Made by a program: the position numbers and the translations under genes
Shown: piece after piece, positions 9,483 through 18,949 of the stretch
Numbering within the stretch: position 1 is the stretch's first letter
How the letters are laid out: every line of letters begins with the position of its first letter
Assembly (NCBI GenBank): GCA_963829055.1
Contig: CAWHHI010000020.1
Location: 576,001-640,000 of the forward strand
Direction: 5' to 3'
Origin: an uncultured Gemmatimonadaceae bacterium
Lineage (GTDB): Bacteria > Gemmatimonadota > Gemmatimonadetes > Gemmatimonadales > Gemmatimonadaceae
DNA length: 64,000 bases
Notes under the pieces: generated by a model
Told to the model about the DNA's origin: nothing
The model's database searches: none
What the model saw: only the letters and a program-made list of their open reading frames with translations

Positions 9483-10022
9483 TCAGTCGAGCTCCATCTG
9501 GCGGACGTTGAACCGCGCAATCTGCGTCTGCACGATGGAGCGGATCTGCCCCTGCACGGCGTCCGGATTCTTGATCGCATGCAGCACGACGCGCGGCGTG
9601 CTCGCGTCGGCGCTCATGACCTGCACGTCGCCGAGACCGGCGACGCGCGCCCAGAACGGCCGCAGGATGAGTGAGTCGCGGACGCGACGCAGCTCGAGGT
9701 CCTGCGTGACAGTCGACAGCACGCCGGTGGTCACGCGCAGTCGCTCGGTCGTCAGCACGTACTTCGTGGTGCTGACCTTGAGGTACGTCACGAACGCGCC
9801 GATGCCGCACAGCACCCAGATCGCGACGATGATCCACGGGACGAGCGGACGCAGATTCACGTCGGTCGTCGCGCTGGGAGCGGGGCGGAGGTACAGCAAC
9901 CCAACGGTCGCCACGATGACACCCAGCCCCAACATCAAGTACACCGGCAGGTTTACCGCCTGCGACGGCGACCCCTGCCACACCGTCTGCTCCCCCGTCT
10001 GATTCGGCGATCGCTCGGACAC
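9483..10022 (-). CDS. Membrane protein with a bacterial PH domain (bPH_2)
   Basis: VWQGSPS, two TMs, KYVLTTERLRVTTGVLS...LRRVRD...GLGDV. Confidence 0.8.
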   Translation of the reverse strand: MSERSPNQTGEQTVWQGSPSQAVNLPVYLMLGLGVIVATVGLLYLRPAPSATTDVNLRPLVPWIIVAIWVLCGIGAFVTYLKVSTTKYVLTTERLRVTTGVLSTVTQDLELRRVRDSLILRPFWARVAGLGDVQVMSADASTPRVVLHAIKNPDAVQGQIRSIVQTQIARFNVRQMELD

Positions 10023-10125
10023 GCGCTCCTCGGCTGACGTTCAGCGTGAGTGGTCGCGCCAATGCTATGCGGGCGCGTCGGCCGCGACAAGACAGAGAGA
10101 GACGCGCCGGAACACGCCGAAACGC

Positions 10126-10154
10126 GAACGGCCGGTGCAATGCACCGGCCGCTC
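10126..10154 (-). terminator. Probable hairpin terminator
   Basis: CGGCCGGTGCA-A-TGCACCGGCCG inverted repeat after the 10196 stop. Confidence 0.5.
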
Positions 10155-10195
10155 ATTTGCGCGAGGTCGAGCTCAGATCGAGCTGCTGGTCAGTG

Positions 10196-10938
10196 CTACC
10201 GGTTGGAGCGGTAGGATGATCGGTGATACCGATCCTTTCGCGGAATGTCGACCTTGCCCTTCACGCCGTCATAGTCGATCGACCCGCTGCCGTCGTGCTC
10301 GACGACGAAGTCCCCGCCGACGCGCGAGACGTCGATGCTGCCGGAGCTGTCACGGCCGACACGCACCGAACCGGTGACGTCATAGATCTCGATCTCGCCG
10401 GAGCTGTCCTCGTCGATGTCGACCGACCCCTTCACGCCGCGGATGTCGATGCCACCCGAGGAGTCGTCGATCCACAGGTCGCCGCCAGCGTCGCGCACGC
10501 GAATGTTCCCGGAGCTGTCCTCGATGCGTGTCTTCGCCGCCACGCTCTCGATCGTCATGTCGCCCGACGAGTCGTTGATGTCCAGCGGCAGAGTCGCGGG
10601 CGCCTCGATCACGAGATCGAGTAGCGCCTGGTATTCCAGTTGGTGTCGTGGTAGTCCGGCAGGATGGCGCGGACGGTCACCTCGTTTCCGTTCCGAACCG
10701 CTTCGAGCTTGATGTCCGCGAGCAACCCGCGGCTCGACGCGCGCGCGGTCCCGCGGACGCGAACCTCGGTGATATCGGTCCGACCGGTCACGCGCAGCTG
10801 GCCAGCACGGGCGTCGATCTTGAGCGTGGTCGCGCCGGCGGCGTTCACGGTCGCGTTGCGTGGCTCATCGTAGTCCTGCGCCCACGCGGCGGTCGGGAGC
10901 ACGACGACGAGGGCGAGCGTGGCAAGCTGGAGTTTCAT
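10196..10938 (-). CDS. DUF4097-family beta-strand repeat secreted protein (frameshift near 10625)
   Basis: Signal peptide MKLQLATL..AWAQ; repeated D-SSG-x-I motifs. Confidence 0.8.
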
Positions 10939-11107
10939 ACGAGTTCCTTGGGATTGGCCGGTCCTTGTTCGACAGGCCGAAGGTCCAGGAGGTTTGAATG
11001 GCTGGCATCCCGTGCTGCTCCACACAGCACGCGGCCGCTGTTGGTAGCACACAGCGAGCGGCCGATGCGACGTGCAAGCAACAAGGAGCAAATCACGTAG
11101 CTCCGTC

Positions 11108-13138
11108 CTACTTCTCGAGCCTGAATGCAACAATGCTGTCGCTGAGCCCAAAAACCTCCCCGTCCCCGCCCGCCGCGATCACCACGTACTGCCGACCGTC
11201 CCGCGGACCCCGGAACGTCATCGGCGTCGCCTTGCCGCCAGCCGGCAGCTCCCCCTTCCACAGCTCGCGACCCGTCTCGACGTCGAACGCGCGAAGCGCG
11301 TGGTCCAGCGTCGCCGCGATGAACACCACGCCGCCCGCCGTGCTGATCGCACCGCCGAGGTTGATCGATCCGAGCGCCGCTGCCTGCGCCGCCGACGTCC
11401 CGGGCGGTAGCATCCCGCCTAACGTGCCGAGCGGGACGTCCCATTTCCGGGTGCCGGTGTTGAGGTCGATGGCGACGAGCGAGCCGAACGGCGGCGGTGA
11501 GCATGGCGCGCCACCTGGGCCGAAGATGAACTGGCGACGCATGACGTACGGCGTGCCCTTCATGTCCGTGTACTGTGGCCCTGGCCCGCGCACCTCGGAC
11601 GCGTTCGTCGTCGTCCGGCGGTCGAACGACTCGCGCGGGATGAGCTTTACCTCGATCGCGATGCGATTGACCGGAACGATCACGATCTGCCGCTGTGGAT
11701 CGAACGTCACGCCGCCCCAGTGCGCGCCGCCGATGCTCGACGGATAGACGAGCGTTCCCCGCTCACTCGGTGGCGTGAACGGGCCTTCGTTCCGGAGTCC
11801 GGCAATCCGCGCTCGGCACGCGGCGCGGTCGGCGTCGCTGCCGCCGAACGCATCGTCAGGCGTTAGGCGTTGCGGGCTGAGCGCCGGCAGCACCGTGTTG
11901 AACGGCTGCGTCGGGCTCGCGCGCTCGCCGGCCACGTCGCTCGTCGGCACCGGACGCTCCTCGACCGGAAACACCGGCACGCCCGTCTCGCGGTTCAGCA
12001 CGAACAGCTGTCCCGTCTTCGTCGCCTGCAGCACGACGGGGATGTCTCGCCCGTCCTTGCGGAGGGTCACGAGCGCCGGCGGTGACGCGACGTCGTAGTC
12101 CCACAGATCGTGGTGCACGACCTGGAAGTGCCACACGCACGCGTCCCGTGGACGCTCGCAGCGCGACGATGGAGTTTGCATAACGATTGTCGCCGAGACG
12201 CTCGCCGCCGAAGTAGTCGGGACTCGCGCTGCCGGTCGGCACGAGCACGATGTCGCGCGCCGGATCGGCGGCAATGACGCTCCACGCGTTAGCGGCGCCC
12301 GTCTCGTGCGCGCGCGGGCCAATCCACGTCCGCCATGCGGCGTCGGTGGAGTCCTGCGGAATCGGATCCCACGTCCAGCGCAGTGCGCCTGTCCGCGCGT
12401 CGTAGGCGCGCACTTCGCCGCTCGCGGCGTTGGTACGGCTGTTGTCCGCGACGGCGGATCCGAGAACGACGATGTCGTTGATGATCGCTGGCGGCGATGT
12501 GATCTCGTACTCCGCGGTCTCGTACGGCTTGTTGCGGAGCGAAGCGCGGACGTTGACGGTGCCGGCGGCGCCGAACGACGCACACGGCGTTCCCGCGCGG
12601 GCGTCGAGCGCGATGAGTCGGCCGTCGATGGTCGCGACGAACACGCGACGCACGCACGGTCGCGATGCCTGCGCACCCGTTAGGCGGCCGTCGATCCAGT
12701 ACGAGACGCCCCGGCTCGTGAAATCACCGAACCCGACATTGCGGTCGACTTCGGGATCGAACTTCCACAGCTCGCGTCCCGTTTCCGGGTCGAGCGCAAT
12801 CACGCGACCGAGCGGTGTGCTGATGTACATCCGGCCGTCGACGACGAGCGGCGTGACCTCGAGCGAGCGCTGGCGTCGCCGGCCGGCGAACTCGGGCGCC
12901 GTCTCGCCCGTGTGATACGTCCACGCCGGCTGCGAGCCGTCCTACGTTCTCGCGCGTGATCTGCGTCGAGCGGAGACCATCGACTCCCGAGCGCATCGCG
13001 TCCGTACGCGCGCCATTCCCCATCGGATGGTGATCGCGGCGCGGTTTGCGCCATCGCGGCGCCCGCGACTGCGGCGGCCATGACGACCGAGCACGTGACT
13101 CGCATGAGCGAGACCGCAAAGCCGGATCTTTCAGTCAT
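11108..13138 (-). CDS. PQQ-dependent dehydrogenase, glucose/quinate/shikimate type (frameshifted)
   Basis: EWRAYGRD, SPL.QIT.ENV, ANAWS, WHFQVVHHDLWDYDVAS, GAHWGG, ATPMTF. Confidence 0.9.
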
Positions 13139-13165
13139 GACGAGGGCCGGGGTCTGAGAAGTTGA

Positions 13166-13314
13166 TAGCGCTGTCATTCCGAGCCGGCTGTCATTCCGAG
13201 CGGAGCGAAGCGCAGTCGAGGAATCGCGACCGTCCGAGTAGAGGGCCCTCTACCGGTACGGTCGCGATTCCTCGACTGCGCGCCTTCGGCGCTCCGCTCG
13301 GAATGACAGCGCTA
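13166..13314. repeat. REP-like long palindromic element (GTCATTCCGAGCG...CGCTCGGAATGAC)
   Basis: About 60-bp-arm imperfect inverted repeat with a duplicated left end; related copies at 15906 and 18780. Confidence 0.8.
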
Positions 13315-13319
13315 CTTTC

Positions 13320-14862
13320 GATCGATCACCCCGCTCACGAGGTACCGCGTCGTCCGAGTGGCCGAGAGCCAGGTACACCTTCGCAATCTCGTACGACGGA
13401 ACATACGCGCGAGTTCCCCGTCTTCGATCGACGCCACGCCTCACGCGCCTCATTCGCGGCTTCTAGCGCCCACCCCTTCGGCGATCCGTACAGGCGGCGG
13501 TGGTATCAGGCGTCCACGCAGCACGCCGACGATCTCGCGCGAGATGTCTTCCTGAATCGCGAAGACGTCGGTCATCTCACGATCGTAGCTCTCGGACCAG
13601 AGCTGATAGCCGTCGCCCGCGTTCGCCAGCTGTACGGTGATGCGGATCCTGTCGCCCGCCTTTCGCACACTGCCCTCGAGCACCGTCGCGACGCCGAGTC
13701 GTCTTCCCACTTCACGGACGTCGGAGCGGCCGTCTCTGTACGCGAACGCCGACGTACGCGCGGCGACGTGAACGCCGTCCACGTGCGTGAGCGTGTTGAT
13801 CAACTCGTCGGTGATGCCGTCGCTGAAATACGCGTTGTCTCTCGCCGGACTGAGGTCCGTGAACGGCAAGACGGCGATCGATGCCGCCGGCGCGCCCGGC
13901 ACAGAGCGCGCTCTCCCGTAGACAAGTCCGACCACGATCAGCAACGCGAGGCCAAGAGCCAGCAGCATGCCGAGCCTGCTCGGCCGTGGTCGCGGGCGCG
14001 GAACGCTATGCTCGGACAACGGCGAGTACACGATCGCGACGTTAGGCATCGTCTCCAGAGGCGCGGACGCGACCGGTGTCGGCTCGGGATCCGCCGGTGC
14101 CGCCGCGACTGGCTCGCGCGGCGTCGCAACGAATGACGACTCGGCAGGCTCCGCCTTCAGCCGCTCCACGAGCTTCAGCACCGCAGTGTTCGGCGACGCC
14201 CCGAGCTCTTCACGAAGCAGCGTCGTGTGCGTCGTGGCGTGTCGAATCGCGGCCGCTGAGTCACCGACCGCCGCCAGTGCCTGCATGAGACGCAGCGCGA
14301 CACGAGAGCTGAATGGATCGTGCCCGGCGAGACGCCGCCACCACGCGACGGCCTCGTCCAGCGCGCCCCTCGACTCGGCGTTCTGCGCCAGTGCGTCGAG
14401 CACACCTTCATAAATGCGAGCGAGACGCGCGCGCTCGCCATCGACCCACCGCTCGAACTCGGAACCGTCTACGAGATGAACGCCGTCGAGTAACGGACCT
14501 ACATAGAGCGCGGCCGCGCGCTCGCGGTCTTCCGCCTCGACGGCGCGCTCGAACTCCGCCACGTCCGACGAAATGATGTCCGCGTTGAGCCGGAGCTCAT
14601 CGCCCATCGCGACGATCGCTTCGCCGCCGACCGCCTGGTTGATGCGGTAGACGGAGTCGGAGAGCAGGGGCCGACCGCGCTCGCCATCTGCCTCGGGCCA
14701 GAGGTACGCGACGAGCTTCTCGCGACCGACGCCGCGGCCGCGCGCCTGTCCCGTTGCGAGAATCGCCAGCAGGGCCAGACGACGCCGCTGGACCGCTCTG
14801 CCGGTGAGCGGACCTGCCGGTCCTTCTATGGAAGCAGCGGCTAAGAGCTTGAGATGATACAC
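13320..14862 (-). pseudogene. Second BTAD + TM + TolB-N-like regulator with most of its TPR region missing
   Basis: BTAD motifs and SIAVLPFTDLS...YFSDGITDELI; ORF stops at 13450; an out-of-frame remnant YVPSYEIAKVYLALG follows. Confidence 0.65.
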
Positions 14863-14871
14863 GATATCACA

Positions 14872-14926
14872 GGCGACGAGGTGACGACGAGCGGGCGACT
14901 GGCGGGCGAGACCCGCTGGCCATTTT
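14872..14926 (+). promoter_or_regulatory. Putative SARP-type promoter of the 15009 operon
   Basis: RCGAS units at 14873, 14884, 14895 and 14906 (11-bp period), then N8 and CATTTT. Confidence 0.45.
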
Positions 14927-15008
14927 GCGCGCGCCTCACTTGAGGTAACGCAATCCGCTCACGCTGCCGGTCACCGGCGGCCGAATCATCTAACTCGAGG
15001 ACACATCA

Positions 15009-15613
15009 ATGAAGCAACGCTCGACACTATCGTCGTCTTATCGCCCCGCCCTGCTGCTGCTTGCCGTCATCACCGCGGCGTGCTCCGAATCACGTGCCCC
15101 GCTGAACGCGCCGCAAGCCTCGGCGGATCTTCAGGCGACGAACCCCATCCCCGGCATCGGGGACCAGCTTGGCCGTCTTCGCTCCCTCACCGCGCGGTTT
15201 CACGACTTCGATAGCACGACGCAACCCGGTGGCGAGTACTCGCGACCAGATCACGGGTTGCATCGAGAACAAGTCGTTGGGCGGCGGCATGGGTTTCCAC
15301 TATGCGAAGCCGGGCACGATCGACGGCACGATCAATCCGGACGAGCCCGAGGTGCTGCTGTACGAGCCGCAGACAGAATGGCAAGCCCAGGCTGGTCGCG
15401 GTCGAGTTCCTCGTCCCATTCGCCATCGTGCCCGCCAATGCAACGGCGCCAAGAGCGTTCGACACGGACTTTGTCCCGGACGCCACCTTCCCGTTCTGGA
15501 CGCTTCACGTGTGGCTCTGGAAGAACAACCCGTCGGGCTTGTTCAAGTCATTCAATCCGAACGTCAATTGCAACGCGGTACCGGCCGCGCAGCGCCAGTC
15601 CATGATTCACTGA
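15009..15613 (+). CDS. Conserved hypothetical lipoprotein (two frameshifts)
   Basis: Lipobox TAAC; GGMGFHY, PEVLLYEP, LVAVEF, LHVWLWKNNPSGLF..FNP.V.C. Confidence 0.7.
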
Positions 15614-15626
15614 TCTGAATCGGTCG

Positions 15627-15899
15627 ATGCCTCGCTACCTCATCGAGCGAAACATCCCGGGGGCCGGCGGTTTTTCGGCCAACGATCTGCGTGCGATCGC
15701 TCGAAAGTCACGGGACGTGATCCGCGACATGGGCCCCGACATTCAGTGGCTGGAAAGCTTCGTCACCGCCGATCACGTCTTTTGCCTGTACGTGGCACCG
15801 TCGGAGGAGATGGTGCGCGAGCACGCGCGGCGTGGCGGCTTTCCAGCAGACCGGGTCACCAAGGTAGTGGCGGTCATCGATCCAACAACGGCCGAGTAG
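15627..15899 (+). CDS. DUF4242-family (SCO4226-like nickel-binding) protein
   Basis: MPRYLIER, WLESFV, FCLY.AP, VREHARRGGFPAD. Confidence 0.85.
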   Translation: MPRYLIERNIPGAGGFSANDLRAIARKSRDVIRDMGPDIQWLESFVTADHVFCLYVAPSEEMVREHARRGGFPADRVTKVVAVIDPTTAE

Positions 15900-15957
15900 A
15901 CGGTTGTCATTCCGCGGGTAGCGAGGAATCCTCGTCGTCCTGACCGAAATCCAGATC

Positions 15958-15992
15958 CAAAGGGGTCAGAGTCGTCGACTCTGACCCCTTTG
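15958..15992. terminator. Perfect 17-bp inverted repeat between convergent genes (bidirectional terminator or REP)
   Basis: CAAAGGGGTCAGAGTCG-T-CGACTCTGACCCCTTTG. Confidence 0.7.
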
Positions 15993-16015
15993 AATCTTTA
16001 CAGCATCGGGACGAT

Positions 16016-18656
16016 CTAGCCTTCGCGCATCGCCTCCATGGGCGACACGTTCGCCGCCCGCCGTGCCGGCAATAGCGATGCAACGAGCGCGACGATGAGG
16101 AACACCCCTGTCGCCGCGAGCAGCGTCTTCGGATCGGCGCCGCTCACGTCGAACAGCACGCCTTCCAGCCGTCGCCTAACGACGTAGGATACGAGCAGCC
16201 CGATCACCGCCCCCGGCACTGCGTACGCCATCCCTCGGCCGACGATCATGCCGATGACCTCGCGACGTGACGCCCCTAACGCCACGCGGACGCCGATCTC
16301 ACGACGGCGGGCGGCGACGAGGTACGAGAGCATGCCGAAGATGCCGATCGCCGCGAGCGAGAGTGCGGCGACGGCGAAGCCGCCGAGCAGCGTCGCCCAG
16401 TGCCGCTGCGGCGCCACGGACGTATAGACGCGATCCTCCAGTCGGCCTGCGTCATCGAGGGCCAGCCCGGGATCGATGCTGCGCACCGCGTTGCGAACGC
16501 GATCGACCGCGTCGCCAGCACCAGGCGCCGTTCGTACGAACAGGTTGAACGACGACGCCCAGTTCTGCGCCGCCGCCACGTACATCGCCTCGCCGTTACC
16601 GTCGAGTCCCTGATACTTCACGTCGCCCACGACGCCGACGATCGTGAACGGCGGACACGTCGTGCAGCCGCCACCTTGTAGCTGACGCCCGATCGCCGGC
16701 CGATCGGCCGAGTAGTGACGCACCCACGCGCGGCTCACGATCATGACCGGAGGTCCGCTTCCGGTATCGGCGTCCGTGAACACCCTGCCCTCGAGCAGTG
16801 GGACTCCCGCCGCCGCGAAAAATCCGGCACTCGCCGCGGCGTAAGGTGCAGTCGGCTGGGCGTCGCCGGGAGCAACAGGGCGGTCGACGAGATCGAAGTT
16901 GTTGATGTCGCCCGGATCGTCAGGCGGCATTGCCTGATTGATGCCGGCGGCCACGACCCCCGGCTGTTGAGCGACCTGCGCGAGCGCGCGATTCCAGAAT
17001 GCGGCGGCATCGTTAGGCCCGCCATAACGAGATGCCGGCAACGACACGTTCACGTAGACCAGCGAACGTGGGTCGAAGCCCGCGTCCACGCGCTGGAGCC
17101 GGACGAAGCTGTTGAGCAGGAGCGCCGCGGTCGCCAGCAACGGCAGCGCGAGCGCGAACTGCGCGGTCACCAGCGCGCCGCGCAGCACGTGCGTCGAGCG
17201 CCCCGCGCCGATCTCGCGATCGCCGCTTCGCAATGCTCCTGAAAAATCACGACCCATGAGCGAGATCGCCGGGTAGAGCCCGACCAGAATTCCCGTCACC
17301 AGCGCGAGCACCGCGGCGAAACGCGATCGCGCGCAGGTTCACGCCTGCCTCGCTCAGTCGCGGGATCGGCGGTCCGATCGTGAGGAGCACGCGGAGCAGA
17401 AACGGCGCGAGCACGGCGCCAGCCGTGGCACCTAACGCGGAGAGCACGACGCTCTCGGTCACCAGCAGTCGGGCCACGCGCGTCGTCGACGCGCCGAGCA
17501 CCGTGCGCAACACCGCCTCACGCGAGCGACTCGTGACGCGGACCAGCGTCAGGCTGGCGACGTTCGCAACCGCGATGAGGAGCACCAGCGCGACCGCAGC
17601 CCCGAACAGGCCGAGTGTCTGACTGGCGTTTCCGAGGATGGTCTGGCGCAACGAGTACGGCGTGAGCCGCGCGCTCCGATCCTGAAACGTCGATGCCCAC
17701 TGCGGGAAGATCTGCTGGCTCACGGACGCGAGGTCGCGCGCGGCCGACTCGATCGACACACCGTCCTTGAGCCGCGCGATGACGCGGAGACCGAACGGCC
17801 CGCGGCGTTGCGGCGTCTTGAGCGTGAGCGACGACCAGACCTCCGAGCGCAGACCCGCGAGATCTTCCACGCCGGGACCGAGCACGCCAATGACGGCGTA
17901 CGCCACGCCGTCGATCGTGATCGTTTTCCCCAGCGCGGCGGACCCGTCGCCGGCGAACTCGCGCTTCGCGAACGCGTCGCTCACGACCGCGACGAAGTCG
18001 CCAGCATTCCCATCTCCGGCGCCAACCAGCCGGCCGTGCGCGGCCCGGATGCCGAGCGCGCTGAAGAACCCCGGATCGCCGGCCGCGACCACGCCTCGGC
18101 GCACGTTGTCGCCGACGGAGATCGCGGCCTCCCGGCGCTGTACCGCGCCGACGGCGGTGAAGCTCCGCTGCAGTGCCGCGATCGCCTGGTAATCGACGAC
18201 GGACAGGCCGAAGCGATTGGTCGGGGAGTTCTGCTCGAAGATGCGAACGAGGCGATCGTCGGCCGGATACGGCAGGCGCGAGACGAGTACCGCATCGACG
18301 GCGCTGAAGATTGCGGTGCTCGCACCGATGCCGAGCGCGAGGACGAGTGTGGCGGTAATGGTGAAGCCGGGACTGCGCCGCAGCGCGCGCGCGGCGTAGC
18401 GCACGTCCTGCACGATGTCCTCGAACCAGCGCACGCCGCGCGCATCCTGATGGGCCTCGGTGTACCGGTCGACTCCGCCGAATGCGACGGCGGCGCGTCG
18501 TCGGGCTTCGTCAGGCGGAAGCCCCTGGGTGCGCGCGAGCTCGCTCGCCTCCATATCGATGTGCGCGCGCATCTCGTCGGCGACATCGCGGTTGAGCGTG
18601 TCGCGATGGATGAGTGCGCGGAGTCGTCGCGCGAAGCGGCGTGTGAGGTCGGTCAT
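16016..18656 (-). CDS. ADOP/MacB-like duplicated ABC permease (frameshift near 17315)
   Basis: DEMRAHI, QDVRYAAR.LRRSPGF, LALGIGASTAIFS, LLIAVANVA, RRREIGVRVALGA, PARRA. Confidence 0.9.
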
Positions 18657-18715
18657 GGTGGAAGCCTGTTTCGAGGTGTCGGCACTGATACCTCAAGCTT
18701 CGACAACATGAGTCC

Positions 18716-18743
18716 AAAAAGGGTTCGGCCGCAAGGCCGAACC
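18716..18743 (-). terminator. Rho-independent terminator
   Basis: Minus strand GGTTCGGCC-TTGC-GGCCGAACC followed by CTTTTT. Confidence 0.7.
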
Positions 18744-18745
18744 GC

Positions 18746-18940
18746 AGGCCCTAGGAAGGAGGCCGTAGGAAGGAGGAATGTCATCCCGAGCGTCAGCGAG
18801 GGATCTTCTGTGAAATCATCATAGCCAGCCGGCCACGATGACTTCGAGAAGGTCCCTCGCTGCGCTCGGGATGACACGCTTTTTCTCCGCCATCCGCCGT
18901 CCGCCCTCCTCCTTCCTCAGGCCTCCTTCCTACGGCCTCT
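18746..18940. repeat. REP-like hairpin (GTCATCCCGAGCG...CGCTCGGGATGAC) nested in inverted heptamer repeats
   Basis: Core at 18780-18875; AGGCCGTAGGAAGGAGG on the left pairs with CCTCCTTCCTACGGCCT on the right. Confidence 0.75.
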
Positions 18941-18949
18941 TCCGAAGCC

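Noticed and set aside
13166..13314. CRISPR array or tRNA
   Set aside because: It is a single long palindrome with no repeat-spacer periodicity, no cloverleaf and no cas genes.
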